Notes under the pieces: model-generated | Told to the model about the DNA's origin: nothing | The model's database searches: none | The model's input: the letters and a program-made list of their open reading frames with translations, nothing else | Assembly (NCBI GenBank): GCA_947305065.1 | Contig: CAMZCT010000003.1 | Coordinates: 23,623 to 87,622, forward strand | Source of the DNA: an uncultured Mycoplasmatota bacterium | GTDB taxonomy: Bacteria; Bacillota_I; Bacilli_A; RF39; UBA660 | Length of the DNA stretch: 64,000 bases | Direction of reading: 5' to 3' | Shown here: positions 54,733 to 63,369 of the stretch, piece after piece | Layout of the letters: the number at the start of each line of letters is the position of its first letter | How positions within the stretch are numbered: the first letter of the stretch is position 1 | Position numbers and translations under genes: made by a program

Positions 54733-55563
54733 ATGAAACTTACTGATGAATTATTTGAAAGAGGAAAGAATAGTAAACAAATATGCACAATAGTTGACGA
54801 TGAATATGTATTACTTACTAAAGCTATGCCGGTTACTGATGATAAATTAGATGCTTATATTGAAAATTTGAAGAAAGCAAAGGAAGCTGGGATTAACATT
54901 GCTTGTGTTGAAGATTATAGATTAATAAATGAAAAACAATTAATTCTTAATGATGGTTCATCTTATACTAGAGGAGTTTTTTTAGAAACGAGAGCTAAAG
55001 GTTCGACATTAAATGGGAGAACTTTGTTTAGTGTAGAAGATAATAGTAGTGTAAGTGAAGTTGTAGATGGGTATATAAAAGAAAGCATAATTTATTTAGA
55101 AGAACTAGAAAAGAGAGCAGAAGGTAGTAGTGAATTTTATGATAAATTAGTTAGTGATTATATTAAAATGAAAAAATATGGTTTAACTGTTGATCCAAAA
55201 CCTCTAAATTATTACTATGATGAAGAGGAAGGATTTACTTTAATTGATCCTATATCATATTCTGAAGGTGATGAAGAAGAATATTTACCTTCATATATAA
55301 TTGAAGCGGTATATGGTTATGGGCGACCAGTTTTATATATAGAAGATTACAAGGCAGGTCTTCCTGAAGAATTGGTTCCGAGATATATGAGAGTTTATAA
55401 TGAATTAAATTCTAAAATAATAATGGCTTTGAAAAAGAATATGGTTAAAGAAGAATATATTGATAATGCTTTTGAAAGAAGAGGATTTAAAACTAGTTAT
55501 CAAGAGGGTGTTATGGAAAAGGAAGATATATTAGCTAGATTTGGTAATACACATAGAATATAA
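54733..55563 (+). CDS. Small protein-kinase-like / aminoglycoside-phosphotransferase-like fold protein
   Basis: D154-P-K-P-L-N159 and I-D172-P reproduce the kinase catalytic-loop D-x-K-x-x-N and the metal-binding Asp at the canonical +18 spacing. There is a candidate N-lobe Lys (LLTK). Confidence 0.5.
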   Translation: MKLTDELFERGKNSKQICTIVDDEYVLLTKAMPVTDDKLDAYIENLKKAKEAGINIACVEDYRLINEKQLILNDGSSYTRGVFLETRAKGSTLNGRTLFSVEDNSSVSEVVDGYIKESIIYLEELEKRAEGSSEFYDKLVSDYIKMKKYGLTVDPKPLNYYYDEEEGFTLIDPISYSEGDEEEYLPSYIIEAVYGYGRPVLYIEDYKAGLPEELVPRYMRVYNELNSKIIMALKKNMVKEEYIDNAFERRGFKTSYQEGVMEKEDILARFGNTHRI

Positions 55564-55573
55564 AGGTGAAACT

Positions 55574-56761
55574 ATGAATAGATTAATAATGATTAAATAT
55601 GGGGAATTGAGCACAAAGAAAGATAATATAAATGTTTTTTTGAAGCAATTGAAAAAGAATATAGAATTTGCTTTAAAAGATTATGACGTTAATATTGAAT
55701 TTGATAAAGGTAGAATGTTTGTTGAAACAAAGGACATTGATAAAGTAGTAGAAAGATTACAATATGTAGCTGGGATTCATGAATATAATATTGTTTATAA
55801 GATGAAATATAGTGAAGATATTGATGAATTAGGACAAAATGTTTTAGAAAAAGTAAAAGATTATGAATTCAATACCTTTAGAGTTACAACAAAAAGGAGC
55901 AATAAAAAATATCCTCTAGAATCAATGGAAGTTAGTAGAATAATCGGAGCAATTATATTAAAGAATACTAAAGATAAAAAAGTAGATGTTCATAATCCAG
56001 AATTAAATGTAAATGTAGAAATAAGATTAAATGCTATATATTATTATTTTAATAGTGAAGAAGGATTGGGTGGGTATCCTGTAACATCGGCAGGTAAAGG
56101 TTTATTAATGCTTAGTGGAGGAATAGATTCACCAGTTGCTGGTTATATGGCAATTAAAAGAGGGGTAAAGATTGAAGCATTGTATTTTGAAAGTCCTCCT
56201 CATACTAGTATAGAAGCTAAGAATAAAGTTATTAATTTAGCTAAGAAATTAGCAATATATAATAATGATATAAAATTACATGTAATTAATTTTACTAAGA
56301 TTCAGGAAGCAATATATAGGAATATACCTCATGATTATCTGATAACAATTATGAGAAGAATGATGTATAGAATAAGTGAAAAAATAGCACATAGAAATAG
56401 ATGTAAAATATTAATAAATGGGGAAAGTATTGGACAAGTTGCATCACAAACATTAAGTAGTATGGCAGTTATAAATGAAGTGGTTAGAATACCTGTTATT
56501 AGACCACTAGCTTGTTTTGATAAATTAGATATTATTAAGATAAGTGAAAAGATTGATACATATAATATAAGTATTGAACCATATGAGGATTGCTGTACAA
56601 TCTTTGTACCTAAACATCCAGTTATTAATCCAGAACATGATAAGTGTGAAGAGTATGAGAAATTAATCGAATATGAAGAATTAATTAGGGAAGCTATTGC
56701 TAATGATGAAGTAATTAAGATTAGTAATGAAGATAATAATAAATATAGTGATTTGTTATAA
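55574..56761 (+). CDS. thiI: tRNA 4-thiouridine synthase ThiI (no rhodanese domain)
   Basis: N-terminal ferredoxin-like/THUMP region, PP-loop SGGIDSPVA and conserved EDCCT. ~395 aa, the Bacillus-type short form. Confidence 0.9.
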   Translation: MNRLIMIKYGELSTKKDNINVFLKQLKKNIEFALKDYDVNIEFDKGRMFVETKDIDKVVERLQYVAGIHEYNIVYKMKYSEDIDELGQNVLEKVKDYEFNTFRVTTKRSNKKYPLESMEVSRIIGAIILKNTKDKKVDVHNPELNVNVEIRLNAIYYYFNSEEGLGGYPVTSAGKGLLMLSGGIDSPVAGYMAIKRGVKIEALYFESPPHTSIEAKNKVINLAKKLAIYNNDIKLHVINFTKIQEAIYRNIPHDYLITIMRRMMYRISEKIAHRNRCKILINGESIGQVASQTLSSMAVINEVVRIPVIRPLACFDKLDIIKISEKIDTYNISIEPYEDCCTIFVPKHPVINPEHDKCEEYEKLIEYEELIREAIANDEVIKISNEDNNKYSDLL

Positions 56762-56879
56762 TCACTATTTTTATTGGTTTATATTACGAAATATTATGTA
56801 CTTTCTATAAAAAGATAGAATGCTTTTTGTTTTTTTTAAAATATCTATATGTTATTATAATTGTGAAAAGAGGTTTAAT

Positions 56880-57782
56880 ATGAAAAAAGAAAAAAAGGAA
56901 GAAAAGAAATCTTTGTTTGGAGGTATAAAACTTAGTTGGTTGATGGTAATTATTGGGGCGATTGTAATAGGTGTTCTTGTTGGTTTAATAAACTGTGTAT
57001 CATCATTACTTGATACTTCATTTAGAGATCCTGCTATTTATTTCGGTTTTTGGATATTTTGTGGAATATTTATTATTATGAATTCTAAGAGTAATTTGGA
57101 TTCAGCCTTGAAATGTTTTGTATTCTTTTTAATCAGTCAACCATTGATATATTTGGTAGAAGTACCATTTGTTAGAATGGGATGGGGAATATTTACTTAT
57201 TATAAATATTGGTTAATTTGGACGATTTTATGTTTTCCAATGGGATTTATTGGTTATTATTTAAAAAAGAATAAATGGTGGGGATTAGTAATACTAGTTC
57301 CTATGATGATATTTATAGCATTAGAAATGTCTGCTCATGTTGGGGGGGTATTATATTATTTTCCACATCATTTGCTTAGTGCATTATTTTGTATTTGTTC
57401 TTTAATTATTTATCCTTTATGTATTTTTAAAGATAATAAAAAGATAAGATATATTGGTTTAGGTATTGGAATAGTATTAATTTGTTATGGTATATTAAGT
57501 CCAATAATATCTAAGTCATATATTTATGAAACGGATATATTATGTGATAGCGAACAGCATCCATTAGATGAAAAATCTAAAGTTTATCTTAAAGATAGTA
57601 AATATGGGAAACTAGAGATTAAAGAATATAAAGGAGAAGAGAGTTTTTATTGTGTTCATGCAACTTTTGTAAGAGCTGGAAAAACAGAATTTACTACAGT
57701 AGATAAAAAAGGGAAGAAAACAGTTTATGAATTAGAAATAAAGAAAAATACATATGACCGTGAAATGAAAAAAGAGAAGTAA
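56880..57782 (+). CDS. Hypothetical polytopic membrane protein with a soluble C-terminal domain
   Basis: ~6 TM helices after a Lys-rich N-terminus. Start moved to ATG 56880 (RBS AGAGG). Confidence 0.55.
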   Translation: MKKEKKEEKKSLFGGIKLSWLMVIIGAIVIGVLVGLINCVSSLLDTSFRDPAIYFGFWIFCGIFIIMNSKSNLDSALKCFVFFLISQPLIYLVEVPFVRMGWGIFTYYKYWLIWTILCFPMGFIGYYLKKNKWWGLVILVPMMIFIALEMSAHVGGVLYYFPHHLLSALFCICSLIIYPLCIFKDNKKIRYIGLGIGIVLICYGILSPIISKSYIYETDILCDSEQHPLDEKSKVYLKDSKYGKLEIKEYKGEESFYCVHATFVRAGKTEFTTVDKKGKKTVYELEIKKNTYDREMKKEK

Positions 57783-57842
57783 TACTTCTTTTTTCTTTTA
57801 AAATAAGGGATAATTTAGTATAATCTAAGTAGAGGTGAAATT

Positions 57843-59039
57843 ATGAAATTATTATGTGTAAACGCAGGAAGTAGTTCATTAAAGTTTCAATTATTTGAAA
57901 TGCCAGAAGAAAAAGTAATCATTAGTGGTTATATTGAAAAAATTGGTTTAGAAGATACTTTTTGGACTACAAAAATAAATGGTGAAAAAATTAAAGGGGG
58001 AAGATATTTAAAGAATCATAGCGAAGCTGTTGATGTTTTAATTGAAGAATTATTAAAGCATAAAGCAGTTAAAAGTTTAGATGAAATTAAAGGAGTAGGA
58101 CATAGAGTTTTACACGGTGGAGAAAAGTATAAAGATTCTGTTTTGATTACTGATCAAGTAATTCAAGATATTAAGGATTTAACTAAGTTAGGGCCTTTAC
58201 ATCATCCTGGTAATTTAGCTGGTATCGAGGCTATGCAGAAAGCTTTACCAGATGTACCAATGGTAGCTGTATATGATACAGCATTCCATCAAACAATGCC
58301 TGAATATAATTATATGTATCCTGTACCAATGGAATGGTATGAAAAATATGGAGTAAGAAAATATGGTTTTCATGGAACTAGTCATAAATACATTACAACA
58401 GTTATGAAGGAAAAATTAGGTAGAGATGATGTAAATCTAATTATAGCTCATATTGGTAGTGGAGCTAGTATATCTGCTGTTAAAGATGGTAAGTGTTATG
58501 ATACAACAATGGGTATTACTCCATTAGATGGTTTGATGATGGGAACTAGATCTGGTGCTGTTGATCCATCTATACTTGGTTATGTTTGTAAAGAAGCTGA
58601 AATGAATATTGAGGACGTTACAAATGCGTTAAATAAACGTAGTGGATTACTTGGAATATCTGGATATTCTGATAGTAGAGATGTGGAAAATGCGGCATCT
58701 GAAGGGGATCACAATGCTATACTTGCTCTACGTATGTATAATGATAGAGTAGCGAAGTATATAGCTGATTACTATGTTGAATTAGAAGGAAAGATAGATG
58801 CAATCGTCTTTACTGCTGGTGTAGGTGAAAATGGTTGTGAAGCTCGAGAAGATATTATTAATAAGTTAGATTGTTTAGGAATATATATTAATAAAGAAGT
58901 AAATGACTCAATTGCTTCATATAAAGATGTTCAAGAAGGTTTAATAAGTTCTAATGATTCTAAAGTAGATGTTTATGTAATACCTACTAATGAGGAGTTA
59001 ATGATAATTAAAGATACTTATGATATAATTAATAAATAG
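57843..59039 (+). CDS. ackA: Acetate kinase
   Basis: LCVNAGSSSLKF, GHRVLHGG, FHGTSH, IAHIGSGASI, FTAGVGEN. Confidence 0.96.
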   Translation: MKLLCVNAGSSSLKFQLFEMPEEKVIISGYIEKIGLEDTFWTTKINGEKIKGGRYLKNHSEAVDVLIEELLKHKAVKSLDEIKGVGHRVLHGGEKYKDSVLITDQVIQDIKDLTKLGPLHHPGNLAGIEAMQKALPDVPMVAVYDTAFHQTMPEYNYMYPVPMEWYEKYGVRKYGFHGTSHKYITTVMKEKLGRDDVNLIIAHIGSGASISAVKDGKCYDTTMGITPLDGLMMGTRSGAVDPSILGYVCKEAEMNIEDVTNALNKRSGLLGISGYSDSRDVENAASEGDHNAILALRMYNDRVAKYIADYYVELEGKIDAIVFTAGVGENGCEAREDIINKLDCLGIYINKEVNDSIASYKDVQEGLISSNDSKVDVYVIPTNEELMIIKDTYDIINK

Positions 59040-59061
59040 AAAATAGAAAGGGAGGATTAGT

Positions 59062-60039
59062 GTGATAAATTTATTAATCAAGAAAATATTTAGAAAGATT
59101 AAACAATATGACACTATAGTTATTGCTAGACATACTAGTCCTGATCCAGACGCTATTGCTTCCCAAATTTCTCTTAGAGATTCAATAAGACTTACTTTTC
59201 CAAAAAAGAAAGTATATGCTGTGGGAGCAGGGGTTGCTAAATTTAAGTATTTTGGTGGATTAGATAAGGTGGATGAAACAACATTTGAAGGAGACTCTTT
59301 ATTAATTGCTACTGATGTTCCAAATAAAAATCGAATTGATGGTGTAGATCCTTCTGTTTTCACAGAAATATTTAAAATAGATCATCATCCTTCTGATGAA
59401 GTATTTGGAGAATGCGATTGGGTTGATGAAACTTCTTCAAGCGCTTGTCAAATGATTATTGAGTTGTTATTAAAAACCCCTTTAAAATACGATAGAAAAA
59501 TAGCTGAGAATTTATTCTTGGGAGTTGTTTCGGATAGTGATAGATTTTTATTAAGTTATACAACTCCAGAAACTTTTGCTCTAATTAGTAAGTTAATAGA
59601 TAAAACAGGGATAGATTTTGTTTCTTTATATCCTTATTTGTATGATAGAAGTATTGATGAAGTTAGATTTCATGGATATATAGGGGAGAATTTAACAGTA
59701 ACAGAGAATGGCTTAGCATATATAGAAATTACTGCGGATATCATAAAAAAATATAATGTTGATGCTGCAACTCCTTCAAATATGATTAATGATTTTTCTA
59801 TTATAAAAGATGTCTATGCTTGGGTATTTATTACTTTTGATGAAAAAAATGAATTGTATAAGATTAATATTAGAAGTAAGGGACCAGTAATAAATGATAC
59901 TGCTGCTAAATATGGTGGTGGAGGTCATAAAATGGCAAGTGGAATAAGACTTAAAGATAAAGAAATGATTCCAGATATTATTAAAGATTTGGATTTAGAT
60001 TGTCTAAAATATAAAGAAAGCTTAGAAAAAGATGTCTAA
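59062..60039 (+). CDS. nrnA: DHH/DHHA1 phosphoesterase (NrnA-like oligoribonuclease / pAp phosphatase)
   Basis: ARHTSPDPDAIAS, IDHHPS (DHH) and GGGHKMASG (DHHA1). GTG start after GGGAGGA. Confidence 0.8.
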   Translation: MINLLIKKIFRKIKQYDTIVIARHTSPDPDAIASQISLRDSIRLTFPKKKVYAVGAGVAKFKYFGGLDKVDETTFEGDSLLIATDVPNKNRIDGVDPSVFTEIFKIDHHPSDEVFGECDWVDETSSSACQMIIELLLKTPLKYDRKIAENLFLGVVSDSDRFLLSYTTPETFALISKLIDKTGIDFVSLYPYLYDRSIDEVRFHGYIGENLTVTENGLAYIEITADIIKKYNVDAATPSNMINDFSIIKDVYAWVFITFDEKNELYKINIRSKGPVINDTAAKYGGGGHKMASGIRLKDKEMIPDIIKDLDLDCLKYKESLEKDV

Positions 60040-60051
60040 GCTTTCTTTTTT
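60016..60051 (+). terminator. Rho-independent terminator after nrnA
   Basis: 10-bp stem GAAAGCTTAG/CTAAGCTTTC, then a T-run. Confidence 0.7.
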
Positions 60052-60099
60052 ATTTACACACAAATGTACGTGTGATAAGATTTAATTGATGGTGATAAG

Positions 60100-60864
60100 A
60101 TGAAAGTATTAAAGTATAAAAAGACTAATAGTAATAAATATATTTTAAACTTGGATAATGGTGAAAGCATAAAATTGTACGATGATACGATTATTCATTT
60201 TGATTTATTAAGAACTAAGAGTATAAATGATTTAGAAGAAATAATTAAATATGATCGAGATGTGGAAGCATATTATAAGAGTATAAAATATTTAGAAAGA
60301 AAAATGCGTACTACTAAAGAAATAAAAAAGTATTTAATAGATTATCCCAGTAAAACTATCGATAAAGTAATAGAAAGATTAAGTAAAGAAGGATATTTAA
60401 ATGATAATCATTATTTAAAAGTTTTTATTTCTAATCAAGTAGCTATTACTAATAATGGACCTTATAAGATAATGAAAAAATTAGAAATGTTAGGATTTTC
60501 TAAAGATGAAGTTTATGAAGAAATAAGTAAGTATGAAAAGGAAATATTTTTAGATAAATTAGAAAAACTTATTGATAAAAAAATTAAAAGTAATACTAAG
60601 TATAGTAGTAATAGATTAAAAGAAAAAATAATTATAGATATGTCTAATAACGGTTATGATAAAAAAGATATTATTAATATTCTAAGTACTAAAACAATAA
60701 AAACTGCTAATGGGGTTTTAGATAAGGAATATGATAAAGCTTATAAAAAGCTATCTAAGAAATATGAAAAGTATGATTTAGAGAATAAAATAATAACTAA
60801 ATTATTGAGCAAAGGCTTTAATTATGACGATATTAGAGAAATTTTAAATAAAAAAGTTTTATAA
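60100..60864 (+). CDS. recX: RecA regulator RecX
   Basis: Repeated three-helix RecX modules (IDKVIERLSKEGYLNDNHYLKVFI...). ~254 aa. Confidence 0.7.
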   Translation: MKVLKYKKTNSNKYILNLDNGESIKLYDDTIIHFDLLRTKSINDLEEIIKYDRDVEAYYKSIKYLERKMRTTKEIKKYLIDYPSKTIDKVIERLSKEGYLNDNHYLKVFISNQVAITNNGPYKIMKKLEMLGFSKDEVYEEISKYEKEIFLDKLEKLIDKKIKSNTKYSSNRLKEKIIIDMSNNGYDKKDIINILSTKTIKTANGVLDKEYDKAYKKLSKKYEKYDLENKIITKLLSKGFNYDDIREILNKKVL

Positions 60865-60910
60865 CTATGTAATATATGTTATACTTTATTTATAGTAGGA
60901 AGTTGATATT

Positions 60911-61477
60911 ATGGTAGAGAGTGAAAAACAAGAAACCAAAAAGAAAAGTAAAAGAAAATATTATCTGTTACTAATCATTTTATTATTGCTGATAATAAGT
61001 GTTGGATATTCATTAGTATCTTCAAATATACTAATTAATGGAACAACTAATATTAGGAGAAGTGAATGGAATGTTCATTTCAGTAGTATTAATGTTACGT
61101 CTGGTAGTGAACTAACAGTTATTCCTCCAACTTTAAATGATAAGGGTACAATAATTAATTTTTCTATCAACTTAGATAAAGTAGATGATGTATATGAGTT
61201 AGTAGCAGAAGTATATAATGAAGGTACTATAGATGCAAAAGTTACTAGTTGTACAAAACTAGGCCTTAGTCAAGAACAAGAACAATATGTAAATTATAGT
61301 ATAACATATTTAGACGGTTCAGCTATTAATGAAGGAGATATATTAAGAGCTGGAGATAAGGTAAAAGTAAAGGTAAGAGTTAACTATATTCAATTATTAC
61401 CGATTAATGAAGCTGATTTAACTGATTTATATGAAACTGTAAATTTGGCGTTCCGAGTAGACTATATACAAAATTGA
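60911..61477 (+). CDS. TasA/camelysin-like secreted protein with SipW-type signal peptide (paralogue 1)
   Basis: Lys-rich n-region, h-region, then VGYSLVSSNILINGTTNI. The core LDKVDDVYELVAEVYNEGTIDAKV parallels TasA LKPGDKLTKDFQFENNGSLAIK. Camelysin-like size (188 aa). Confidence 0.65.
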   Translation: MVESEKQETKKKSKRKYYLLLIILLLLIISVGYSLVSSNILINGTTNIRRSEWNVHFSSINVTSGSELTVIPPTLNDKGTIINFSINLDKVDDVYELVAEVYNEGTIDAKVTSCTKLGLSQEQEQYVNYSITYLDGSAINEGDILRAGDKVKVKVRVNYIQLLPINEADLTDLYETVNLAFRVDYIQN

Positions 61478-61553
61478 TGTAAATTTTGTGAAGATTTTGT
61501 GGTAATTATTTGAGAAAGATACTATAATAAAATTAGAATAGGAGAGTAAAATT

Positions 61554-62123
61554 ATGGAAAAGAAGGAAAAGAAGAAAAATAAGAATAATGTTTTGCTAAT
61601 CATAGGTCTAGTATTGTTAATAGTAGTAATCGGTGTTGGATATGCATCTTTGTATGAAAATTTAGAGATTAATGGTACTGCTAATATTGGAAAATCTACT
61701 TGGAGTATAACTTTTGATAATATTCAACCAGTAACAGGTTCTGTGACTCCTAGTACTCCACCATATGTTATGGGAGAAACAACAACATTAAGTTATACAG
61801 TAGCATTAAATAAACCTGGTGACTTTTATGAATTTAGAGTAGATGTTGTAAATGAAGGATCTTTATCTGCTGCACTTACTAGTCAAACATTAACTGGTGG
61901 TGAATCATATAATTTTATAATTCATGATGTAAAAATGGTTAGTGGATCAAATTTAATTGCTGTTCCTAGTGACTTAGTATTGGCTCCTCATGGAGAAACT
62001 GGTGACACAATTACTCTTGACGTTAAAGTAGAATATGATAGAGAAAATGCTAGTGCTGAATATCTATCTGCTACTATCCCACCAATCAATTTACAATATG
62101 CAATGAATTTCGAACAAGCTTAA
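61554..62123 (+). CDS. TasA/camelysin-like secreted protein with SipW-type signal peptide (paralogue 2)
   Basis: VGYASLYENLEINGTANI after the signal h-region. LNKPGDFYEFRVDVVNEGSLSAAL closely parallels the TasA NLKPGD...NNGSL motif. Confidence 0.7.
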   Translation: MEKKEKKKNKNNVLLIIGLVLLIVVIGVGYASLYENLEINGTANIGKSTWSITFDNIQPVTGSVTPSTPPYVMGETTTLSYTVALNKPGDFYEFRVDVVNEGSLSAALTSQTLTGGESYNFIIHDVKMVSGSNLIAVPSDLVLAPHGETGDTITLDVKVEYDRENASAEYLSATIPPINLQYAMNFEQA

Positions 62124-62133
62124 AAAATGAATT

Positions 62134-62164
62134 TTACAATCTTTGATTGTAATATTTATTTTTT
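62134..62164 (+). terminator. Possible (leaky) terminator between the TasA-like genes and the signal peptidase gene
   Basis: Stem TTACAATC/GATTGTAA with a 3-nt loop and an interrupted T-run. Confidence 0.4.
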
Positions 62165-62219
62165 ATATATGAAGATAAAATTTATCTTTGTATATAAGGA
62201 ATAAATAGGGAGTATTATT

Positions 62220-63368
62220 ATGAAAAGATGGCTTAAGAATTCTATAATTTTATTACTTCTAGGAACATATATTTATTTATATGTTTTTTATATATTAGAT
62301 AATTTGTTAAAGTACTCAGAATCTATTACTTCTGGTGCTGTTATATTAATTTCTTTTATTGCATATTTATTTTATGGATATGCTAAAGATAAAAGGACAT
62401 TTGCAAGGAAGAGTATTTTTCAAATTATTATTACGCAAATGATAATATTCTTTTTAATTAGTTATGGACTTGGTTTAGTAGTTGGATTTTTGAAGAACTC
62501 TTATTCTTTAAGGTTTACTTCAATAATCGATAATATTTTTGCACCATTTGCAATGATTGTTGCGATGGAAATATTAAGATATTTGTTTATTATTCCAAAT
62601 AAAAATAACAAAGTAGTAATAGGTCTTTTAACTTTTGCATTTATTGTTTTGGAATCTGTTATGAGCATTAGGGTATATGCTCTTACAGATTTTTCTGGGT
62701 TATTTAAATATTTAACTTTGGTTATATTACCCCTTACTGTTAAACATGGTATGTTAACTTATGTTACATATTATGTAGGATATAAACCATCTATTTTATA
62801 CAGAGTTATTATGGATGGGTATATTTATGTTGTTCCTATATCACCTGATTTAGGAGATTATTTGAGTTCTATGTTTGGACTTGGTTTACCATTCTTGGTA
62901 TATTTATATAGTTCTCGATTTATTACGGAATATAATGATGGAGTAGAGAGAGAGTATGTTTCAACGACGTTTAAACCGTTTGATTTTGTTGTAATAGGGT
63001 TCTTCTTATTCCTTGCTGCTTTAATAAGTGGTTATTTCCCACTATTTATGTTGGGTGTAGGTAGTGCTTCTATGCACCCTAGTATTAATACTGGAGATGC
63101 AGTAATTGGACTTAAAGTAAAGGAAAATGAATTGAAGTTGAACGATATTGTTGTATATCAAGGTGATGAAAGACTAGTAGTTCATAGATTAGTTGGAATA
63201 GAAGAAAAAAATAATAAGTTGTATTATCATACTAAAGGAGATAATAATAACACAGAAGATGGTATTGATATAACTTATGATAGAATTAAGGGTAAAGTAT
63301 TGTTTAGGATTCCATATATAGCTTATCCAGCAATATACTTTACTGAGATGATGAAGGGAGATGACTAG
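62220..63368 (+). CDS. SipW-type (S26B, archaeal/ER-like) signal peptidase I fused to an N-terminal ~275-aa polytopic membrane domain
   Basis: C-terminal GVGSASMHPSINTGDAV (nucleophile Ser codon at 63069-63071), VVHRLVG (His codon at 63183-63185) and TKGDNNNTED. The N-terminal 62220-~63045 encodes 8-9 hydrophobic helices. Confidence 0.75.
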   Translation: MKRWLKNSIILLLLGTYIYLYVFYILDNLLKYSESITSGAVILISFIAYLFYGYAKDKRTFARKSIFQIIITQMIIFFLISYGLGLVVGFLKNSYSLRFTSIIDNIFAPFAMIVAMEILRYLFIIPNKNNKVVIGLLTFAFIVLESVMSIRVYALTDFSGLFKYLTLVILPLTVKHGMLTYVTYYVGYKPSILYRVIMDGYIYVVPISPDLGDYLSSMFGLGLPFLVYLYSSRFITEYNDGVEREYVSTTFKPFDFVVIGFFLFLAALISGYFPLFMLGVGSASMHPSINTGDAVIGLKVKENELKLNDIVVYQGDERLVVHRLVGIEEKNNKLYYHTKGDNNNTEDGIDITYDRIKGKVLFRIPYIAYPAIYFTEMMKGDD

Positions 63369-63369
63369 T

